From Thalia democratica (lineage: Eukaryota), in NCBI GenBank assembly GCA_965202585.1, contig OZ241826.1, positions 28,210,001-28,274,000 on the forward strand: a stretch of DNA of 64,000 nt. The letters run 5' to 3'. A program made the position numbers and the translations under genes. Every line of letters starts with the position of its first letter. Position 1 is the stretch's first letter. Below, piece after piece: positions 26,201 to 35,480 of the stretch. The notes below the pieces were generated by a model. It did no database searches. It was given only the letters and a program-made list of their open reading frames with translations, and was not told the DNA's origin.

Positions 26201-27686
26201 GAAAAAATAAAGTATTTACATGAGTTAGATAGATTTAAATTTAAGTGTAAAAAGCAATCAAAGAATATTTGTACACAGTTCTTCTAGAACCCAAACTATT
26301 TACAGGAGTTTTAGAAATTTAAAATTATATTATACCTATCTGAGATAAATATTCATATATATTTATTTCTGTTAATACTGTGTATGCGTTTATATAACAT
26401 TACTTACAAATTACAAGAAAAAAAATAGAATGTTTTTAAAATTTAGAATTTATTACAGATTATTTAGTAAAAAAATCATGTACTCAAACGAAGAATGTTT
26501 AGATCAGACAATCTCACAGTTTCCTGGTCCTCAGAACTATTTGCGTCGCTTATGTGAAGAAGCAAAGCAAAAGACGAAAAGTGAAATCGAAAAAATTATC
26601 GAACGATTTGAAGCAAAAAAAGAAGAATTGGTGGAAGAAGCTGTCGATTTGTTTGATTGCGGATCATCGGCTTTAAAAAAAGCTCTTTCAAAGGATTACA
26701 AGAACGCGCTTCAACTGTTGGAAAGCGACGATCCGGATTACGATCTGTTGAAAGGATCTCTGGGTTTGAGCCAATTGAAAAAGTACTCAAATAAAAACGT
26801 CTCTCTCAGGATTTACAGGGTCAAATCGAATGTGGAACGTTGCAGATGTCCGAGCTTACTGCTTCTGCATGGCACCAAAGGGAGCAATGTTGAGGGAATC
26901 TTAAGAGAAGGACTGAGGCCTTCGTCGTCCGGCAAACATGGCCCTGGAATTTATTTGACAAACAGCTTTGAAATTGCTCACATTTTCGGTCAACAATATG
27001 CGAAAGACAATGGGATGGCCAAAGACTTGACATACTTGTTTATTAACAAAGTGAAACAAACGCTAGAAAGCTCAAGTGGTTTTTGTGGAGAGTGTAAAGA
27101 TGACCAGTTTATTACTCACAAACCGTTATTCTGTATGAAGACAACTTTAACTAAGTTTATAAACTCGTCGTTTCTCAATCTTGACTCAAGTTTGAGTTAC
27201 GAGCCCGTTTTAAAAGTTTTCTATGGAAATTCGCATTCCAACAAAGAAGTTAAGTTCGAAGACTCTTCAGCCCGAGAGTTTGACAGCGACGGAAGCAAAA
27301 TTCTTTCGGGCACTTTTCAAGTTGGTGATGACAAAAAAAAAATATTTGTGGCTCACCACGATCTAGTAACTCTCAAATACTTTATAGAAATCGAAATTAA
27401 ACAAAGTGCACGCGAGATTGCGAAATATATTTTGTACGATGAACTCTGCCAGTTTAAGTTTTCAATAGACCCGCAAACCTCAGATCCTCCAAAACACACG
27501 TTGATCGAAAACAGTCATGTCAGTTCTGAAGACTGCTTCATGAACACTTTTGTTGCTGAGCTCGAAAAAGAAATAAGCACCAATCAGCAGGCAGAAGTTG
27601 AACATGTAAAGCATTACTTTGAACGAAAAGTGAACTCTTTAATGCAACAACTGTTGTTTGAAACGAGCAGCATCTCGCAAACCAAC
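23243..27686 (+). repeat. Direct segmental duplicate of ~40432-44840 (upstream region plus PARP-like copy 2 versus copy 4)
   Basis: Continuous collinear similarity from ataggtaaac through the ATG to accaac. Confidence 0.92.
25998..26083. repeat. Four degenerate ~21-bp units (c)gtgcaaaantgNcc, also at ~43158-43235; probable MITE subterminal remnant
   Basis: ccgtgcaaaaatgacc, tcgtgcagaagtgtct, tagtgcaaaattgtcc, tcgtgcatatttgacc. Confidence 0.6.
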
Positions 27687-27770
27687 CTAAAAATGTCAGT
27701 AAACTATTATTTTATAAATTTTAGATACTTTTTAAGTATTAAGAAAACTTTTCAGTGTTTAATTTCATAG
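26478..27770 (+). CDS. PARP/ARTD-like paralog copy 2; second (pseudo-ART) domain completely deleted, with a short AT-rich read-through tail
   Basis: The true start is most likely ATG 26478 (MYSNEECL, aligned with the other copies, and preceded by a cag acceptor ending 26458) rather than 26430. HGT and GKHGPGIYLT motifs are present. Homology stops after accaac at 27686; other copies continue ggttgcgcc. Confidence 0.85.
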   Translation: MYSNEECLDQTISQFPGPQNYLRRLCEEAKQKTKSEIEKIIERFEAKKEELVEEAVDLFDCGSSALKKALSKDYKNALQLLESDDPDYDLLKGSLGLSQLKKYSNKNVSLRIYRVKSNVERCRCPSLLLLHGTKGSNVEGILREGLRPSSSGKHGPGIYLTNSFEIAHIFGQQYAKDNGMAKDLTYLFINKVKQTLESSSGFCGECKDDQFITHKPLFCMKTTLTKFINSSFLNLDSSLSYEPVLKVFYGNSHSNKEVKFEDSSAREFDSDGSKILSGTFQVGDDKKKIFVAHHDLVTLKYFIEIEIKQSAREIAKYILYDELCQFKFSIDPQTSDPPKHTLIENSHVSSEDCFMNTFVAELEKEISTNQQAEVEHVKHYFERKVNSLMQQLLFETSSISQTNLKMSVNYYFINFRYFLSIKKTFQCLIS

Positions 27771-30059
27771 TACTATTATTTGGCTACTTCTTACTATTAA
27801 AGGAATGTATACTTAATTAAAATTTATATATAACTGTGAACTACTGCGGAAATACTAGCTTACATTGAAATAAAACTTTAGTTTCAGTTTACTTTTACAG
27901 TGTCATGACTAAAAATATAAAAAAATTTCTAGACAGAGTATAATTATATATAAATGATAAAAGATTTGTTATATTAAGTACTGATCTAAAAAGTATTCCA
28001 TTGAACCAAAAAAAAACTCCAAACTAGCTTTAATTATGTTTTGTGCTTATCTAAAGCAACTTATGGCGACTTTTAGCGGAAACAAATATTTTTAAGTAAA
28101 GGCGATTCTGTTATAGCCCGTATATATAACGTCATTGTCACCAATACATTAGAAAGTATTGAAAAAATAACTTTTGTTTAGTATGTAAAAATTAACAATG
28201 TACAAATTGCTAAGAATTTCATATTTTACTGATAACCGATTTGTTTTGTTAAAACTGCTTGTTGACTGTTTTTTTTTATTTATCAAGCTGTATAGTTGTT
28301 GTATTGTCATTTAGGTCTAAAAAAGAATAATACTGTATGCTGTATCATACAGTAGCGCCACTAAACCTATTTACTAGATCTTTTGTAAGATAGAAACTAA
28401 GCATTTTTTGTAATTAATACCAATTACTTTACCCACTCGATAGAAAATTAAAAACAGTTCGGGAACACACTTGAACAGTGAATAAAGAAAAATATTGTGC
28501 AAAAGTTTTATCTCAAACTAACATCTACTTTTGTTAAGCTTGTCACTAAACAATAGTAGATCATTGATAGAGTGAAATCCTCTAAATTAATTTGTGGTTA
28601 TTATTACTTAACTATGTAATACCTCTATTTAATTAAAAAAAAATTATTCAAAATCAAAATTGAAAAATTAAAATTTTTAAAACCTTCTGATGCTAGTATA
28701 AATTTATTGTTTACTAGGTTTAACTGGTAAACAACGTTATTATTAAAACAAAGAATGTGCTTACAATTTAAAAGACAGTAAAATAAAAAGTTATATTTGA
28801 CGTTTACGCAGTTTTTCGTGTGTAACTTCTTTATTTTAAAGAAAGTTTTAATAGTTTTTAGACTCTATTAGGTGAACGTTGTTTAACAACACCAATTTAA
28901 TTATATATTGAATAAAATTTTCAATTAAGTCTTTAACAACCGTTTAGTAAATCTCTGCAGCTGCAGAATTTAGCAGTCCAACTAGTTATATCTGGTTTTT
29001 TTTCTTTATTCAAACAATTCTTTTAAAATTAATAAAAAAGCTTTAAGTGACAATTATTGCACTTTTTGTAGCGTAACGCCTTTCGTGATATTTACAAGCT
29101 AGACTTTTTTGTCGACTTTGGTTTTGACTGAATTGCAGTATAGGGGTGGAAGCTTTTTTGGTATCTGCAAATGTTGTTTCTAGGTTGTGTAATGCGTTTG
29201 AATTCATTCAATGGTTGGAAGTCACTGGTAAATTAAACCAAGTTTGACCGCAACTGCAGAAATAACACCCAACGCCCTTTTAATGGTCAATATCTGCTCA
29301 AAGTAATGTTTAAAGCTACACTTTCATATGAAAACAAACAACACAAAGAGGTTGTTTTTAAGACAAGATAGAACCAGTAAAAATGTATAAAAGTCAAACA
29401 TTTACCAAAACAACTTTGCATACATAATAAAAACAACCTTTACTGCAGCAATACCTCACGGACTACTATGCACAGTACAATCCTACAAAATCAGGAATAG
29501 GCGTCATTGCAGCTTTCAAGAACAGCTATTACCGAATATAATCAAAGAAAATCTTTAATCTAAGAAGCGAGTTAGCAGCCCTATGCGCCCATTTCAAGTC
29601 AACGTTTTGACTTTGAAATTATTTTTGTAAAATATAATTTACTTTTTTTTACTTTATTCATGTTGTTTTTTTTAAATTTACATTGTTTGTTTTGTATAAA
29701 CAAAACAAAGTGTATAATGATTAGATTTTTTTTTGTTTAAGTTTCATAAGCTTAATCTCAATTTAAACACATCACTGAAGAAGTATTTTAGTCTTTGTTT
29801 TGTACCGTTGAATCAATATCCTTCATAATAAATTTGATAGTTTGTGAATATTATATAATTTTTATTGCTTTTGTACAGTGACAAGGCTTTTGTTTTAATT
29901 AGCACAGGTTAATTTATTACCGAGTATCTTTATATATGAAAAACAATCGAGTAAGTAATGAAGCGACAAAATTTTTTGATAGAACGTTTTTAAAACCAAA
30001 GTAACGACGTAATTTTAAGTTTTTATTGTAGTTTGTTAATAGTTATGATACCAACCAAC

Positions 30060-33000
30060 TCCAACTTGTATGAAACTAAAAACGTCAATTTTATAAATAT
30101 TTGCTACTAATTGAGAAATGTGCTACTAAAACTAAGCAGAACCAATTATATAAGAGATAATAAAGAAAAATTATATACTATTTTGTATATGTGCCGACTA
30201 GCGAGTTTCTATTTCTAAAGTTCAACAACATCGATAAAGTCATTTAAACCAACACTCCATTTAGAAACGTTTATTTTTTGAATACAGCCAGGAAAATAGC
30301 TTCAATGAAATTCGTCATTAGTATGAAACACTAAAACGCTTTATAAAGATTTTGTTAACTATTCTCTGTTATGTAACTTTTTTTTTATATATTGTATGTT
30401 TATTCTGAAAAATTTTAATAATTTAGAGATTAGTGAGAAAAACTTATATAGTTTTTCAGCTATCTGCCAACATTAAATAACAAATTCGCATGGCTTTAAA
30501 ACTACCATGTAAATATGTTGAAAATAATATAAAATAACCCTCGTTCAAAGACTTTAAAATAAGGTTTATATTTTCAAGTTTGAAACCTGAAGTCCTCAGA
30601 CAAATTAAATTCGTTTTTGAATTAGTTGAATTTGCACTTATTATATACATACATTATTACGTTAAATGTCACAGTTTTTTTTTTTGCATTCTCTTACTTA
30701 ATTTACGTTGTAATTTATCCATTGCATTTAAACGTGTCCTAATAAAAACAAATCCTAATCAACTTTTACTAATTTTAACCATAATTTATAAAGTTATGGA
30801 CGTGGACAAATAAAACTTTGAATATTTATTTGTGTTTAAAAAAGAGTTATTAAAACAGCAACAATTGCAAACATAAACATGCACTATAAGCAATAACGAG
30901 AGAGCACTGTTTAGGTACCATTTGCAAGCATAAAAAATACATTAGCTTATAGAAGTTAGTAACTAAAGAAAAACTAAAGTCTGTCTCACCGCACAAAAAG
31001 TCCAGGCGTAATCTCCGTAGACTTTGGCTAATGTTTTTGTTGATCGCCTCAACTATAGAAAGAAGCAGTGGAATTTTGTTTTGCTCAAATCTACTGAAAG
31101 CTAAAATCTGTCGAGTAGGCCGATTAGTGTAATATAAAACCTGTAAAAAATATCGAAAATTTGTGTATTGGACAGTAAAATAACTTTCCATCTTTCTTAA
31201 ACAAACCTGTGATTTTAATAAAATATTATGTTAGTTACTATTCTAAATAACTATTTGTTTAAAAAACTGTATAAAATAAAGTGTATAGGACTTTCAGTAA
31301 AATTAAAACAATAGTAACTTTTATGTGTTTAAACAGAAAGTTCTATTGTTTCAACTACAAAAAGATGGTTTATTCAAAGTCTATTGAACGCTAAAAACAA
31401 CTAAATAAGCTGGAATCACGCCGATCAGCTGCAGCCAGGTTCTTTTGTTGCTTTGAAAACAGCACCCTCTGGTGTCGGAGTTTGGTAAAACTTCATCGTC
31501 CGCGCTTATTCCTTTGCATGCGACAAAGACGAACGACAACTTTCCGACTTGTCCGTTCGTGACACAGTGGCTCATTCCTTGCAAAAGTTCTATGTCCAAG
31601 CTGGTGGACGCGAAGCAGTCACAATTGAATCTGCACTCGCACTGCTCCAAAAAATCCTTGTCGTTCGCCGGGTACCCTCTCGTCAGAACGTTCACCACCT
31701 CGTTCGCCTTGACTCCTTGCAGGTAAAGTAAGCCTCCGCGTATCTGTTCGCCTTCGTCGACTGGGTTGATCTTGAAAACTTTCAGGATTGCCGAGTTCGG
31801 GCTCATTTTGGTCATCGACCCGAGCACAAACTGGTGATCTGGATCTGAAGTTTGCAGCAGCTCCGCTTTGTACTTGGCGCAACCGTTGGTTTCCGATATG
31901 CTGCTCGTATCGAACAACAGTTGCTGCATAAAAGAGTTCACTTTGCGTTCAAACTGATGCTTTGTATATTCTACTTCTGCCTGCTGATTGGCGCTTATTT
32001 CTTTTTCGAGCTCGGCAACAAAAGTGTTCATGGAGCAGTCTTCAGAACAGACAGGACTGTTTTCGATCGACACGTCTTTTCGCGGATCTGAAGTTGGCAG
32101 ATATTTTGAAAACTTGGTCTCGTTGAGATCGACATACAAAATTTGGTTTGCAAGCTCGCGTGCACCTTGTTTTGTTTCGATTTCTATCAAGTATTCGAGG
32201 GTTATTAGGTCATGATGAGCCACAAATATTCTTTTTTCGTCATCGCCTACTTGAAACGTGCCCGAAAGAATTTTGTTTTCGTCGCTGTCGAACTTGTGGG
32301 CTGAAGAGTTTCTGAATTCAACTTGTTTGTAGGAATATGAGTTTACATCGAAAACCTTTAAAACGGGCTCGTAACTAAAGCTGGAGTCAAGACACGGGTA
32401 TGAAGATTTAATAAACAAAGTTGAAGTTGTCTTCTTATCAAATAATGGTTCACAAGTTTTAACGGACTGACCGTCTTTACGTTCTCCACAAAGACAACCT
32501 GAACCTACTAGCGTCTCTTTCACTTTGCTAACAAACAAGTACGTCAAGTCTTTGGCGTTCCCATCGTTTTTCGCGTAGTTTTGACCGTAACGTTGAGCAA
32601 TTTCAAAGCTGTTTGTCAAATAAATGCCAGGGCCATGTTTACCTGACGACGAAGGTCTCAGTCCTTCTCTTAAGATTCCCTCGACGTTTTTTACTTTGGT
32701 GCCGTGCAGAAGCAGCGAACTCGGACATCTGCAACGTTCCATATTCGATTTGACCCTGTAAATCCTGATATTAACGTTTTTGTATTTTTTTGATTGGTTT
32801 GTTTCAGCGCTCAAACCAAGCGATCCTTTCAACAGATCGTTATCCGGATCGTCGCTTTCCAACAACTGAAGCTTGTGCTTGGAATCCTTTGAAAGTGATT
32901 TTTTAAAAGCAAAAGTGTTGCATATAAACAACTCCATAGCATCTTCCACCAATTCTTCTTTTTCCGCTTCAAAATATTTGACCTTGTTTTCAATTTTAGT

Positions 33001-35480
33001 TTTAGTCTTTTGCTTTTCTTCTTCGCACAGACGGCGCAAGTAGTTCTGAGGACCAGGAAACAGTGCGATTGTCTGATCTAAATACTTTTCGTTTGAGTAC
33101 ATGATGTATTTACTGTATAATATGTAAAAAAAGTCTAAATGTAAAAAAACAACTTTTTTTTTCTTAAATTGAATAATTAAAATTATTTAAATGTAGTCAA
33201 AGTAATTTAAATTAAAGTATATTGGTTTTTCTCAGATTTCTTAACCAAGTAAGTAGTTAATATTCAGAAAATGCTATTCATGCATACTTGATTTCTGTAT
33301 ATTTTTTTAATGAACAATAAAAAAAGGCTCAAAAGGTTTGATTTAAGGAGTTAATGTGATAAAAAGCCTTTCGGCTACCTAGTCGTACACCATATGCTTT
33401 TACAACTTTTTCTGAGCAATAAATGTTAATGTTTTTTAACTTAAATATATAAACCTTGATAAATATAACAATAAATATAATAAATAAATAAAATGAAAGG
33501 AAATTTAAGTTAGTAATGCTTTTACTTAAAATATTTTTACTTACGATGTACTCAAAAACGTATCTAGCAACATAAAACTTAAGTACAGTTTAAGCTTAAA
33601 CCTCAAAAAAAAATAGTAGAAATTTTTTTTAACATTACAGTTTAAATATTAACCTAAAATAGATTGATAAAACGAATTAAACTATATTTATAGCAACCAT
33701 GGAAATAATTAGAAAAGTGCTCACAACTTTTTTATAAAAGTAAAATCGTAATAAACTTAAAGTTTTTAGGTTAAGTATTATTAGTTTTTTTTGCTAGAAA
33801 CTACCTTCCTTTTATATTTGACAATTAGATTAAAACCCTTAAAATAGTTACTATTTGTTTTGACCTGGACAAGACGTTTAAAGGTATCCGTGGAGTGCGA
33901 TTCGAAAACCGAAAGGTTTTTTGATGCCTAAGACCAAAAATATTGACCGGTTTTATTTGTTGTTTAACATATATATTTGAACAAAAAAAATATTATATAA
34001 CTTTTTAAAGAAATTAATTCCACTATATATATAAAATTTAGTGTATGTCAAATAAAAGCGCTCAAAATGTTTGGTCCTAAGACCTGGTGCACAAATAACT
34101 AATTGGTTTATAAACTCAACTTAACTTTTGTAGACTAAAAAATAAAAATAAATACTGTAGCATCAGACACTATGCATTTAAGGAGAAAATAAAAATCGTT
34201 CGGTTAAAAATTATTTTTAATTCAAAAATGTATTTGAAAGAAGTAGAAAATATTTAAAGACATATAAAGAAAATGTATATACTTTTATGTTTCCTAAGAA
34301 TAAAGATTAACTTATTATAAATTTACTTTAATAGTAATCTCAGCTCACAATTTATCTGTATATTTAATTCACTGTTAGAAGGTACATCTATAATTTAGTA
34401 ACCTCTATCACAAAGTTTTTAAATGGATATACTGGAAAAATAAATAAAAGTTTATTAATATTCTGAAGTTATTTTAAAGTAGTATTTCTAAACAATTATG
34501 CAAAAAAACCAAATAGAAATGCTGCAACTAAAACTTAACTACTGTTATTTTAACAATTTTAAATGACAAATATTAACAACTCCTTAAACAAAAGTAATTA
34601 GACGATGAGCAATGATCAGTTATGATCCAGTAGCCTACAAGGAGTTATGTATGGTTATAGTGTGTTATAGGGTTGCCACAGATCAAGCTGAGAAAAATTT
34701 CCTGACTTTTCCTGACTTTTCTTAATTAAATCTTAATTTAAACGTATTCTAAAATACATATTTTAAATGTTCAACCTATAAGAAGTTTTAAATCTATTTT
34801 TTTTACTGGATAAAACATTTTTTTTTTTTTTGACCAATTCAATCATCAAACTTCCTTTACATGACTTGAACCATCTGTGTATGATCGATGTGTTCGAATA
34901 AACAGCTCTATCACCAATATACTTGTGTTATTGTCTTAAAAACACAGCATGTCTGAAAAAAGACACAATCTTTTTAGCTTTTTATAACATATATAGTTAA
35001 GTAACAGTAAGTAAATAAATAAAAATTTAAACTATACATCTGTTGTTTAAAATGTTTTCTCATATGATTAAGCATAATATATTTTAGAAATAAATCAATT
35101 TTTTTTTAACATTAATAACTTAAGTTATTCTACAAAAAATACAAAAAAGTAAACTGAATCATGGCACATACCTCTCTTATAACTTATTTTACAAACTGAA
35201 ACAACATAAAGAAAAAACATAAAGAGCTAAAGCATATACATTAAGTTATCACATAAAATACTAACCTAACTGCTTACTTATAAAAAACTCAACTATTTAC
35301 TTGAAAAAAAAACACTTTGATTCTAAAATCATGCTAGATTTACTTTTGTTTATATATCAAAGTTTCACTTTAAAAGTGTTCTTTGCTACAGATCATCAAT
35401 ATTAAAAAGCTTAAAAAAACTGTTTGTTCAATTTGTAAGCAAAAATGCAAATTTAAAAGAAGTTTTTGCAATTTTATAAA
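30060..35480 (+). repeat. Direct segmental duplicate of ~58430->64000 (copy 3 versus copy 5 with flanks)
   Basis: Very high identity by eye from the gene through 33103-35480 versus 61619-64000, and lower identity with indels in the downstream flank. Confidence 0.95.
31381..33102 (-). CDS. PARP/ARTD-like paralog copy 3, intact, 573 aa (coiled coil - ART domain - coiled coil - pseudo-ART domain)
   Basis: Uninterrupted single-exon ORF with LLLHGT (CAC at 32704-32706), GKHGPGIYLTNSFEIAQRYG, RIFVAHHDLITLEYLIEI and the C-terminal VIPAYLVVF strand. Confidence 0.92.
   Translation of the reverse strand: MYSNEKYLDQTIALFPGPQNYLRRLCEEEKQKTKTKIENKVKYFEAEKEELVEDAMELFICNTFAFKKSLSKDSKHKLQLLESDDPDNDLLKGSLGLSAETNQSKKYKNVNIRIYRVKSNMERCRCPSSLLLHGTKVKNVEGILREGLRPSSSGKHGPGIYLTNSFEIAQRYGQNYAKNDGNAKDLTYLFVSKVKETLVGSGCLCGERKDGQSVKTCEPLFDKKTTSTLFIKSSYPCLDSSFSYEPVLKVFDVNSYSYKQVEFRNSSAHKFDSDENKILSGTFQVGDDEKRIFVAHHDLITLEYLIEIETKQGARELANQILYVDLNETKFSKYLPTSDPRKDVSIENSPVCSEDCSMNTFVAELEKEISANQQAEVEYTKHQFERKVNSFMQQLLFDTSSISETNGCAKYKAELLQTSDPDHQFVLGSMTKMSPNSAILKVFKINPVDEGEQIRGGLLYLQGVKANEVVNVLTRGYPANDKDFLEQCECRFNCDCFASTSLDIELLQGMSHCVTNGQVGKLSFVFVACKGISADDEVLPNSDTRGCCFQSNKRTWLQLIGVIPAYLVVFSVQ

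Noticed and set aside
26430-26477. N-terminal extension MFLKFRIYYRLFSKKI of copy 2
   Set aside because: AT-rich, absent from the other copies' ORFs, and it spans the conserved splice acceptor.
30580-30813. Similar ORFs MKPEVLRQIKF (30580+) and MKPEVFRQIKF (46895-) as a small gene family
   Set aside because: The similarity comes from the inverted duplication of downstream flanks; the frames diverge after about 12 codons.
30850-31191. 113-aa ORF downstream of copy 3 as a partner (antidote) gene
   Set aside because: The equivalent sequence behind copy 5 has an early in-frame TGA and indels, and copy 4's equivalent is not open. It is more likely 3' UTR.
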